Source of the DNA: Histomonas meleagridis 2922-C6/04-290x
Lineage: Eukaryota > Protista > Parabasalia
Direction of reading: 5' to 3'
NCBI GenBank assembly: GCA_020184695.1
Contig: JAANOX010000021.1
Coordinates: 1 to 64,000, forward strand
DNA length: 64,000 nucleotides
A program made the translations under genes and the position numbers. Below, piece after piece: positions 1-9,950 of this stretch. The notes beneath the pieces were generated by a model, which saw nothing but the letters and a program-made list of their open reading frames with translations, was not told where the DNA came from and made no database searches. Positions within the stretch are counted from its first letter, which is position 1; every line of letters starts with the position of its first letter.

Positions 1-136
1 GCGATACTTATTTCACATTAGACTTACAAAATGGTCTGAAAAACCATACTAATGGTACACCAGAGGAAAAAAAAAAAAAAATTATTTTAAAATTAGATCT
101 CAGATTTTTTTAAGATTAAAAATTAGAATTGATTGT

Positions 137-394
137 TTATTGATACGGATGAGTGATCGCGTAGTCAAGTGCTCTATCGAACTGCTCTAGGTATTCCGGC
201 TTCAAGATGCGCCTGTAGCATTGACTCCAATTAAGTAAACTTTCAAGGCAGCCAGGGACTAGGTTTTTAAGAGGCTCACGAGTTTCTTCTCCTGTGCTCC
301 AGTGCACCAGGAAAGAGACCGCCCCATCTTTGAACTCGGGATCAGAGATATGATCGACTGCGTACTCTTGTTCCATTCCTGAAAGTGAAGTCAT
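137..394 (-). CDS. Small stand-alone chromodomain protein (85 aa)
   Basis: EYAVDHISDPEFKDGAVSFLVHWSTGEETREPLKNL follows the chromo consensus (EYxVExI...YLVKW...TWEPxxNL). ORF is intact and GC-richer than its flanks. Confidence 0.7.
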   Translation of the reverse strand: MTSLSGMEQEYAVDHISDPEFKDGAVSFLVHWSTGEETREPLKNLVPGCLESLLNWSQCYRRILKPEYLEQFDRALDYAITHPYQ

Positions 395-586
395 GCAAAA
401 TATTGTCTCTCAATTAAACTTTTTGATATATTTTTTTATTATTTTTGAAACGAACACCCTTTCAAATATTGAGAAAATAGGTTAGGACTTTGTGTCATTT
501 GTTAATGTATTAGCGTATTGTTGCAATACATTTAATTTACCTATGTAAGCATTATATTTATTTAAAGTATTATTAAATATTTGATT

Positions 587-853
587 TCACAATTCCATTT
601 TAGATATTTGATAAGCTTGATCCAATTGTTCAGGTGTTATATTTTGTAAAGGATTCTTCATAGTAGGATGATATTTTTCATCTATAAATTTATAAATTTG
701 TTTTCTAAGTAAATTATGATATTTATTATACACAGTTACAGTTACTGTTATTACATTTTTATTTTTTACTATAGAAAAGGAAGGTTTAATATTAATTGCA
801 CTAAAATCACAATCTTTAAATTCTTGTGCAAAGCATGTATAAAGAGCTTCCAT
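587..853 (-). CDS. Hypothetical Maverick-associated ORF (88 aa)
   Basis: ATG-started ORF inside the element; no recognisable motif. Confidence 0.35.
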   Translation of the reverse strand: MEALYTCFAQEFKDCDFSAINIKPSFSIVKNKNVITVTVTVYNKYHNLLRKQIYKFIDEKYHPTMKNPLQNITPEQLDQAYQISKMEL

Positions 854-902
854 TAAAAAATAATGAAGTGACAGAATGCTTTTTATGAAATTATTTTAAT
901 TT

Positions 903-1576
903 ATGGAAAACGATATTAATATTGATGCATTAGATAATATGATTGATTATTGTTTATATAAAAATAAACCTAAATTAAATGAAGAATTAATAAGTGAAAT
1001 TCATCCAGAAGTGAATGTACCTTATAATTCTTTAAATATAGCAGTAGGTAGACAAAGAAGTGGGAAAACTCAATGTATAATTAGAGAAATTATTAAAATT
1101 AGTAATATTAGTCCTAGAACTCATTTATTAATTTATATTAATAAAAAAATGGATTAGAAAAATGATCCCTACATTTTGAATCATTAAAACCTTTAATTAA
1201 AATCCCAATTTTATATGTAGCTGAAAATCAAGCAGAAGATATAGTTAAAGATATATTAAAATGGAAACAATTTTATAATGAAATTAAAAATAATCATTGG
1301 GAAAATTTTTTTAATCAATTATTTACTAAATTAGCTCATATTCAATGTTCTGTATTTTTCGCTGTACAATTTTGGAAATCTTTACCTGCTGAAGTTAAAG
1401 CTAATGTAAGTACTATATTTATATTTCCTAATTTCTCTAAACAACAATTAAGATATATGATTGAACAAATACCATTACCTTATACTAAAGATCAAATTTA
1501 TTCAGTTTATCAAAAATTAACTGGTCATCAAAAAATGATTATTGATGTTAATAATCAAAATATAAAAATTGAATAA
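903..1576 (+). pseudogene. A32/FtsK-like DNA packaging ATPase of Maverick, frameshifted
   Basis: Walker A GRQRSGKT in 903-1157. After a frameshift near 1150-1175 it reads FESLKPLIKIPILYV...LAHIQCSVFFAVQFWKSLPAEVKANVSTIFIF, the A32-type H...S...Q...K-N segment. No Walker B (hhhhDD) seen, suggesting an internal deletion. Confidence 0.75.
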
Positions 1577-1605
1577 AAAAATTTTTTTTAAAATCATTTT
1601 TTTTA
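1575..1605 (+). promoter_or_regulatory. Inr-like promoter cassette (second copy at ~2696-2726)
   Basis: AAAAA-T(8-9)-AAAATCATT-T-run-ATG precedes both the 1606 and 2727 ORFs; TCA sits ~12 nt before the ATG, as for the trichomonad Inr. Confidence 0.5.
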
Positions 1606-2668
1606 ATGCAACAAGATGTGATATATGGAACACGTAGACCACGAAATAAAGATGGTACACGTATATATCCATCAATTATTAAAAAAGAACCTAAAAGATA
1701 TGTTACAGAGGGTGATGCTAAATATATTTTTGATGATGATTTAAGTCATTATAAATATCATGGTGCTGATAGTACATTAATTGATGAGAATATGAAAGCT
1801 TTAGCACATCTAATTCTTGATTTAAAGAAAGATGTTAGAAAAGTTAGAGATGCACAAACATATAATGGTGCTTTGGAATATGTTAACAAACATAATGATG
1901 GTAAAGATCCAAGATATCATTGGTCAGTAAAAGAAAGAAGATATTAATGAAGATGGAATTCCAGATATTATTATAAGAGATCAACATAAAAAGAGCGACA
2001 TTTGTTAATGGATGGACAGTCAAAAAACAAGCTCCTTATCAAGTAGCATATATGGAATATTTACAAAATAATTATGGTAATCCTACAAAAGAAGACAACA
2101 TAGAGCAGATGGAAAGAAGATTAAATCTTTCAATGAATGGCTAGATAGTGAAGTAAGAACAGTAAAATATGATAAACCATTCGATGATCCAACTGTCCAA
2201 TATAATCCTGAATATGATGAATTTAGGGAAAAAGTGAAAAGGGCTAATGATAACTATTATAGAGATACTGGTGTTATGAATATTTATAAATTACATAGTA
2301 CTCCAAGAAGAAGGTCAGCAAATGCAGTATTTACAAGTTTACTTGTTAAAGATGCATATAAAACTTTCGTTGATAAATATGAAGGTAATAGTGAATATCA
2401 AGGAAGAATTAGGGGTTATTGTCCAATACTTCAATTATCTGCTGCATTATACAAATTAATGGTAATTCCTAAAGTAGAAGAACTATTAAAAAAACGTAAT
2501 ATTCCAAATATTGAAGCAGGTAAAAAATATAAATTGGAGACAGGTGAAAGTTATTATTCAACTGCTTGTAAAAAAGTTGTTACTGATTTGTTAGAAGATC
2601 CTAACCATGAACAAATAATGTTAGATGCAGTTAAAAAAATATGTAGTAAGTATAATTGGTACACCTAA
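1606..2668 (+). pseudogene. Fragmented Maverick hypothetical gene
   Basis: ORFs 1606-1947 and 2234-2668 are linked by frameshifted coding-like sequence (e.g. NEDGIPDIIIRD); Inr-like TCATT upstream. Confidence 0.5.
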
Positions 2669-2726
2669 TGGATTAGCAGATTCGTAAGTTATTAAAGAAA
2701 ATTTTTTTTTAAAATCATTATTTTTT

Positions 2727-2963
2727 ATGATTAAAATAAGTGATTTCTCACCCCATGTAGGGAAGAATAATACTGAACATAATAGTTCTAGTGCTAATTG
2801 TAAAGTTATTATTAATAATAACAATAGTGAAACACCAGCACATTATCCTGAAGTTAATGAAGAAACATCAAAAATAATAATTACAAGAGAAACTGAACAT
2901 AATACAGATAATGAAAGTGCTTTATATAAACATATAGCTTTAACATTTAGTGCGATATATTAA
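2727..2963 (+). CDS. Hypothetical Maverick ORF (78 aa)
   Basis: ATG preceded by the same T-run/AAAATCATT cassette as the ORF at 1606. Confidence 0.4.
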   Translation: MIKISDFSPHVGKNNTEHNSSSANCKVIINNNNSETPAHYPEVNEETSKIIITRETEHNTDNESALYKHIALTFSAIY

Positions 2964-2974
2964 AAACAAATAAT

Positions 2975-3253
2975 ATGAAATTAATAGCAAATTTAATTGA
3001 TAATAGTGGAAAAATTATAATTAATGCTAATGATTTAGTACAAGCTATAAGTTTAATTTTAGAAATTGATTTTAATCAAGTTAGATTAAGTTATGAAGAT
3101 CCTGAACCTGGATGTTTAAAACATGTAAATCCAATTAAAAAAGTTAATTCAATTAAGATTAATGGGTATGATTTTAATTCTCAATATAATAAAGAATATA
3201 ACACATTAATGGATGAATTTAATATTTCCTTAGAAAAAGTATTTATTTATTAA
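2975..3253 (+). CDS. Hypothetical Maverick ORF (92 aa)
   Basis: Intact ATG-to-stop ORF packed 11 bp after the previous one. Confidence 0.4.
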   Translation: MKLIANLIDNSGKIIINANDLVQAISLILEIDFNQVRLSYEDPEPGCLKHVNPIKKVNSIKINGYDFNSQYNKEYNTLMDEFNISLEKVFIY

Positions 3254-4095
3254 TAAAACATCATTGGATCTTTTTCTTTTGAAGGTATAATAATTGCATT
3301 TGGAACTGGATTTAATAAATATCTTGGTACTGACATTTTTATTCCTTTATCATTATGAATATTAAATTTACCTTTTTCAAAATTATCTACTATATAAATA
3401 TCTGGTAATATTTTTGATCTCTTTTTTAATTGATCTGTGTTATAAACTGTTACTGTTGTACCAGGAGGTAAATAAAATTTTTTTTGTTTCATAATTTTAT
3501 GATCTAATTTAAGTACAGATAAACCAAAAGATTTTTGTTATATTTTAGCTTCATATGGTGATATTTTTTTATGATTTAATTTAGATAATGTTTTTATGAT
3601 AAGTATGATTATAATTATGTATAATTTTATTCATATCATGAGGTTGAATATATTCTAAACCCATATTATCAGCCATATCTCTAATAGTTCTACAAATTCT
3701 ATTAATTATAGCTAAAGATGAATGTATAGGATAAGATTTATTTTTAATTATTATTCTTTCAACAGGAATTATTTTTAGTACCAATTAAATGATTTGAAAT
3801 ATATTGTAAAGGTTTTTGATAAAAAAAATGTTGTTTCTGAATCACAATGAATAATTTTTAGGATTAAATAAACCTGTACCATAAAGTTCAAATAAAGCTT
3901 TAGCTACACTTTCGATTGATTTTTTATAATGTTTATCGTTTATTTTAATATTAGTAAAAGTACCAAATAAATATCTAGTTTGTACTTCTACAGCTAATAA
4001 ATAACAATAATCATAATTAAATTCATCACTATGTGAAAAAAATAAATCCATTTGATATTCTCCATTACCACCAATATATTTTAATTGATATTTTT
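3250..4095 (-). pseudogene. Retroviral-like (rve) integrase of Maverick, multiply frameshifted
   Basis: Fragments YIGGNGEYQMDLFF...YLLAVEVQTRYLF (first Asp), (D)SETTF, SLAIINRICRTIRDM, YNHTYH...SPYE, and a C-terminal SH3-like segment (LPPGTTVTVYN...VPRYLLNP). Confidence 0.75.
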
Positions 4096-4119
4096 TATTT
4101 AATTTGAAAGGAAAATAAT

Positions 4120-4640
4120 TTATATTCGGTTTTTATTTTTACCTATATTTGTATAATCAATACTATAAGGTATATTTAATTTTTTAAATAAATATTTATT
4201 TTTATTTAAAGTTTTAAAACCTGTATTAATATTTTGTTTATCTTCATAAATATTGTAAGAATCATTTGGAGTTACATATCTAAAATGATAAAAATAATAT
4301 AAAAGATATAATGAATAAGCATAATCTAATGGAATATTTTCTGTTATATTTGAGTTAGTTAATTTTGTAATTAAGAAATTAATAAATTCTTGTATAGTTT
4401 TTAGGTTTCCCATTTTTAAAATCATTTTCTACTTCTTTTGCAAATATTTTATGAAGTAATATTCTTATAAATGTATATTGTAGAATAATAGATTTATAAT
4501 AGTTATAATATCCATTTAATGTATATAAACCTATATGTCCATCAATATAATCTATATCATATTTTTTAATTATATCATTATTTAATTTCTTAAATTCATC
4601 AAAATCTGAATTTGTATTAATTTGGGTTTTTTTTTAAAAA
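4120..4640 (-). pseudogene. Fragmented hypothetical Maverick gene
   Basis: ORF 4120-4425 plus upstream coding-like frame; no motif recognised. Confidence 0.3.
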
Positions 4641-4805
4641 TTTATAATAAAAATATTAAAAAGAAGGCTGTTTTTCAGGTCCTTTATCATTAAGTAGAGC
4701 TAATCGTCGTACTTCATCTAATGGAGATTTATTGATGCTAGGTTCTTTTTTTGGTTCACGTTCTTCCATTCTAAAAAAATAAAAATGAATTAAAATATTT
4801 TTTTT

Positions 4806-6545
4806 TTATTCTTTAAATATACTCAATAAATGTTCATCTGTTTTACCTGTTACTTTACCAACTATTGAATTTAATATTTTAGTAGTTATTACTAAATCAT
4901 CTGATAATTTATTACCATCAAATAATACTACATTACCAATTTCATAATCTGCAGTATTATTCACTCTAAAATAAAAATCTCCATGTGTAGCAAAATCAAT
5001 AGTATCTTGTAAAATTTCGATTTCTCTTTTAATAACATCACCTATTGAAGCTTTATATCCAGTTCCATGTTTAGCTACACATATCCCTAAATATTCTTTA
5101 TAAGTACCTGATGTTTTAACTGATGGAATACAATCAGTTGATGAAGTATTTGTAACATATTTACCTTCATTGGTTACAGCATAAACATTACCTGTTAAAA
5201 AAAATACAGGTGAACCAATTTGAAATTGTGTTAAAGTCTTCTGTAAACAGGAGCATTATGTATAATAGTTGTATTTATTTGTGCAAGACCTCCAGTTCCT
5301 TCAAATGTATTAAATGTAGTTTCAATATAATATATTGCACTATATGTATCAGAATATGTATCATTATTATCTTGTTTTTTTTGTGTTACAGATTCAAAAT
5401 ATAATCTTCCATATTTTTTATCTTCAGTAGGTGTACATCCATAAATTCTCCATAATAATTGATATGTATTACCTGATTCTTCAATTATACTGTGAAATAA
5501 AGTTAATTTAGTAGATTCTAAACTAGTGAATTGACCAGTACCGGATTTTATATTTCCTGTATTATCAATACCATTAGTTTTTTTACAGAGTACATAATTT
5601 TGAGAGCAATTTAATTTTAGTACAACCTAATGCATCAAAAAGCTGCTGTGTAATAAAAACCATTGCAACCTTTTTAGTGTTGGTTTAAATTCCATAACAT
5701 TCCCTGTACATTGTATTCTGAAACTATAATCATTTTCATATCCATCACTAGTATGCATATCTATATAAGGACCTGTTTCTAAAACACCATCGTTTTTAAT
5801 AACTGCAATTGAAGGAACACTAATATTTAAATTTGAATCTGCAGGAGATGAATCTAAAGCAAAACCATTAATTGTTGAACATGTGATATTTTCTGGATTT
5901 GATACTGTAGGAATATCTGTTAAATTCATTATAACTATGTGTATGATTTGTAGCAGCATATTTTGTATCATGATTATGATCTTTCAGAGCATATTCCGTA
6001 TGTGTATGTACTGATGGTGGAAATGATTCAGGTTTATCAGATAAATCATTATAACTATGAGTATGAACTGTAGGTGGAAATGTTTCAGGTTTATCATTTA
6101 AATCGTTATAACTATGAGTATGTTCTGTTGAAGCATAGTTTGTATGTTCATGATCTTTTTTAGCATAAATCTCATCATGATTATGATCATTTAAAGATAT
6201 CTTAGTTGTATCTAAATTATTAATAGTTGCACATTGAATATTTCCATTATTTCCAAAACTTAATAATGAACCAGTTTTTGATTTAAAATCTAATGAATTA
6301 GTATTAGCAGTTATTCTCCATGTATTATCTTTATCATAATCTGCCTTATTATGCATATCAATATATTGTCCAACTTCTACAACACCATCTTCTTTTAATG
6401 TAATAATAGATGGTACATATAATTTTGTATCCCATTTACCACCTTCTGCAGTTGTTAATTGAAAACCATTTAATGAATTAACTTGTACTACAAAAATAAT
6501 CTTCATAATGGTCACGTTCAATAAAATCAGCATGCATTGAAACAT
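4806..6545 (-). pseudogene. Fibre/tail-fibre-like structural gene, frameshifted
   Basis: ORFs 5868-6545 and 5627-5971 join by frameshift and continue to TAA at 4806. Two copies of a VPSI..(K)xDGVxExGxYIDMH...RI module, HTH/KPxxFPPxxHTH repeats, and a C-terminal domain (IHNAP...IGSPVF.LTGNV...DCIPSV...FATHGDFYFRV...IVGKVTG). Confidence 0.65.
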
Positions 6546-6687
6546 CAGATACTAAATAATCCTTAAATTTACACTTACATTGCTGTACTACAATATATCT
6601 AGGATTTTGAGAATCGACAAATTCAGGCGGAAAACGGTTTTCTTTTTGTGAAGTACAAAAATACGTTTTAGTCACAGGTTTAAGCAT
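6478..6687 (-). pseudogene. N-terminal fragment of a Maverick hypothetical gene, abutting the fibre gene
   Basis: MLKPVTKTYF...FPPEFVDSQNPRYIVVQQC...MHADFIERDHYEDYFC stops where the fibre module begins, consistent with a deletion/fusion or frameshift. Confidence 0.4.
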
Positions 6688-6987
6688 TTATAAAAATAAA
6701 GTTTGCCATGCGACCAAACAATATAACCGTCGCTTTTTTTGACTACAAACCTCTGACCAAAGATAAATTGAATAGGATAAATGTCCGGCCAAACATAACC
6801 GGGGACAATTTGTGCTGGTTATACGAGGTTTTTGATAGGTTTATGCGAAAAGTGGCATAAAAAGTGCTATCGTCCCTATGAAAAAGTTTCGCGTTCTCTC
6901 AAAATTGAATGCTCATTCAAATTTTTCTATCGAATTGTATGGCTCACACAAAAATCATTTTGATTTTTGTTGCGAGCGGAGCGAGCA

Positions 6988-7074
6988 CACTCGGGGGATT
7001 GAAGGGGTCTGAGACCTCCGGAGGGGTCCGAAGGGCACCTCCGGGGGTCGAAGACCCCTTCAATCCCCCCAGTG
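6988..7074. repeat. GC-rich branched inverted repeat
   Basis: ~23-bp arms (cactcgggggattgaaggggtct / agaccccttcaatccccccagtg, one mismatch) enclosing two related imperfect palindromes acctccgg(a)ggggtc. Confidence 0.85.
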
Positions 7075-7083
7075 AAAACTAAA

Positions 7084-7160
7084 GGTCGGGAATGATCACG
7101 AGGTCCCTAGGGGCCCCGCCCCCGGCGGGGCCCCTAGGGACCTCGTGATCATTCCCGACC
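7084..7160. repeat. Perfect 37-bp-arm hairpin with CCC loop
   Basis: 7084-7120 ggtcgggaatgatcacgaggtccctaggggccccgcc is the exact reverse complement of 7124-7160. Confidence 0.95.
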
Positions 7161-7396
7161 GCATTATATACCTACCGAAACACGCGTTTTAAGACATCAA
7201 TGCAAAATTAACTTCTTCAGAACTCATTCAAATCATTTTGCCCGCCAATTATTCAGTACTCATTCAATTATTAATCGTTTTGCCACTAAATTCAATGTCA
7301 ATTCAAAAATTTTTACATTTGCCATTCATCGTAGATATTTTTCTTTATCTTCCGAATATATTTTACAACACATTTTACAACAATTACTCGACCGTT

Positions 7397-7780
7397 AAAA
7401 TTCATCAACCGTCATTTTCTCCGTCCGTTAATTTATACCAAAAATCAAACAGAAAACCGTTAAAAAAAATTTTTCGAAATCCGTTAAAAAAAGTTTATTT
7501 ATTACAATCTACTTTTTCAGCGGTTGTTCAAATTCATCAACCGTCATTTTCTCCGTCCGTTAATTTTTCGTAAACGTATCACTAACGAACGTTAATTTGA
7601 CATCAACTGACATGTTATATGAAATGAAAAGACATGTGATATGAAATGATTTTTCGGAAACGACATGTGAAAATGAAAAACAGAAATGTTATGTGAAATG
7701 TTTATATAAAAGTGACACAGACATGTGATATGAAAATTTACACAAAAAGTGACACCAAAAGTGACACAAATTTTTTGAGG
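7397..7780. repeat. Short direct-repeat zone
   Basis: aaattcatcaaccgtcattttctccgtccgttaattt occurs twice (~7399, ~7530); gacatgtgatatgaaa and aaagtgacac motifs repeat in 7600-7770. Confidence 0.8.
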
Positions 7781-7857
7781 GTCAAAAAAATAAAAAAATG
7801 AACCCTTTTTTTAACCCTTAACGAATCGGATAAAATAAGCGTTTTTCGGATGATATT

Positions 7858-9155
7858 ACAAAATCAAAAAAACTTTACGGTTTCGTTTAAAAATAATTTA
7901 TTTTTTTGTCATTCAACTTTTGCGTTAAATCCTTCAAAAAATGCTCATTTTCTCCGTTTCGTTGAGGGTTAGGGTTAGAAAAAGTGTTAAAAACATCTTT
8001 GAAAATTAAAAGGTACTTTCTTTACATTCAAAACCTCAGTTAATAACAACTTTAAGTCTAAACACTAAAATCCACATAGGATTAACAACAAAACACTAAA
8101 CCATCATAGTATTAACAACGACTCAGCCGTATTAATGCCTCACTCATTTTAAATATAAATGTCATCATGAATTTAAATATATTTTATTACTTTCAATCAA
8201 AAACCAACCGATTTATGAGAATTCAATCGATTTTAGCCGTTCATCCTTTAGTTTATGTAGCGCGAGTGGGAGCGAGTGCGTAGCACGAAGCTCACATAGC
8301 GCTGTGTGTGTGTGTGACGAAATCAACGAGGATTCAATTGAAGTTAATAATTCTGGCAATCATCAATTAGAAGATTATTATTATGATGATAAAACACATG
8401 TGTTTTACTTTTTGGAACGGTATTAAACTCAAAAAATTAACAATCTGTTATGATAAGCGCGGTTCTGCTCATGTTTATTGCAGAGATACTAATAATTCAA
8501 GTTTTGCACTTTATTATTCAAAATTCAAAAAACTTTACGGTTTCGTTTAAAAATAATTTATTTTTTTGTCATTCAACTTTTGCGTTAAATCCTTCAAAAA
8601 ATGCTCATTTTCTCCGTTTCGTTGAGGGTTAAAAAAAGGGTTAGAAAAAGGGTTAAAAAAACATCTTTGAAAATTAAAAGGTACTTTTTACATTCAAAAC
8701 CTCAGTTGATAACAACTTTAAGCTCCAAACACTAAAATCCACATAGGATAAACGTCAAATTCTTACTGATATATCAACCGTCAACTTTTGCGTTAAATCC
8801 TTCAAAAAATGCTCATTTTCTCCGTTTCGTTGAGGGTTAAAAAAAGGGTTAGAAAAAGGGTTAAAAAATCACCTTTGAAAATTAAAAGGTACTTTTTACA
8901 TTCAAAACCTCAGTTAGGATTAACAACATAACACTAAAATCCACATAGGGATTAACAACAACTCAGCCGGATTAATGCCTCACACATTTTAAATATAAAT
9001 GTCATCATGAATTTAAATATATTTTATTACTTTCAATCAAAACCAACCGATTTATGATAATTCAATCGATTTTAGCCGTTCATCCTTTAGTTTATGTAGC
9101 GCGAGTGGGAGCGAGTGCGTAGCACGAAGCTCACATAGCGCAGTGTGTGTGTGTT
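7858..9155. repeat. Three related copies of a 230-460 bp unit
   Basis: Copies at ~7858-8320, ~8518-8750 (offset 660) and ~8780-9155. Copies 1 and 3 end in an identical GC-rich hairpin followed by (GT)n. Confidence 0.9.
8310..8530 (+). pseudogene. Coding fragment resembling the C-terminal part of trichomonad Maverick HNH-associated proteins
   Basis: VCDEINEDSIEVNNSGNHQLEDYYYDDKTHVFYFLERY / TICYDKRGSAHVYCRDTNNSSFALYYSK across a frameshift; family assignment from memory only. Confidence 0.35.
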
Positions 9156-9359
9156 CACAGACAAACAATTTATAATTGTAACTGTCAGTTAAAGTTCCAG
9201 ATACATAAAAATAAAATTCAATTTATCCCGTGCGATATTATTCATTCACATCCACTAGAAAAAACAAATAGATATCGAAATAATTTAACATTATTGCAAA
9301 AAGAAAAAATCATTCAACATACCAAACAAGGATTAACAGCACACTCATTTAGACTTTGA
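9147..9359 (+). pseudogene. FAR1/WRKY-GCM1-like zinc-finger fragment (possible Mutator transposase N-terminus)
   Basis: CNCQLKF...IIHSHPL = CxC...HxH pattern; truncated. Confidence 0.35.
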
Positions 9360-9419
9360 ATATAGTTCTACCTTATTAGGTTCGCTTGGAATATCTTCTT
9401 ATTCTTATTCAAAAAATTC

Positions 9420-9950
9420 AACATTACATTCTTGAATTCCACATAAAGTATTCTTTTCCATGACTTCTTCTTTATTATAATTTAAGTCAATTTTCCAAAA
9501 ATCATTAATACAATTCACATTGCTAAACACCTAAATAATGATGTAACGCTATTAAGTGAGCACATGGAATATCTTTGATAATAAATTCACCACAACTACA
9601 GTAATCTTTCGTTGTTATACTTATGGTTTCATTTTGATTAAATTTATTAGTACAAATATATCCCATATTTGGATCAATTTCAATTATTTCGTACAATTTT
9701 AATTAGTTTGTCGATAGAAAATGTATCAAGCTTCTCTGTATTACTTTATAACTTGATAAGTTTGTGATTTTTTGAGTGAGAGTTGAAATCTTTTTTCACA
9801 TTAACATCTACGAACATTCCCAAGTTGTCAATATATAAATCTGTGGTTGTCTACAGATTTTTGAATTGCTTTCAGACAAATTTTGTGATACGATCCTTGT
9901 AAAATTTCATCGTAATTCTCTATATAATCTCAAATATTTGAATAACATTC
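9420..9950 (-). pseudogene. SWIM zinc-finger-containing degenerate gene
   Basis: Minus strand 9545-9605 reads DYCSCGEFIIKDIPCAHLIAL (CxC-x(8)-CxH); surrounding frames are broken by stops. Confidence 0.55.

Larger units (their letters stand above)
137..7160. mobile_element. Degenerate Maverick/Polinton element (partial; probably extends left of the window and possibly right to ~9150)
   Basis: Co-occurring A32-like ATPase (903-1576), rve integrase remnant (3250-4095), fibre-like gene and densely packed short AT-rich ORFs, ending in GC-rich hairpins. No pPolB or capsid gene recognised, and no TIR pair visible in the window. Confidence 0.8.

Noticed and set aside
7238-7573. 111-aa ORF
   Set aside because: TTG start; it merely translates direct repeats (IHQPSFSPSVN twice).
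7397-7780. CRISPR-like array
   Set aside because: Only two copies of the 37-mer, irregular spacing, no cas genes, eukaryotic context.
7960-8870. Telomere-like GGGTTAGGGTTAG and GGGTTA motifs
   Set aside because: At most two adjacent units, embedded in a longer repeat and separated by A-runs; not a telomeric array.
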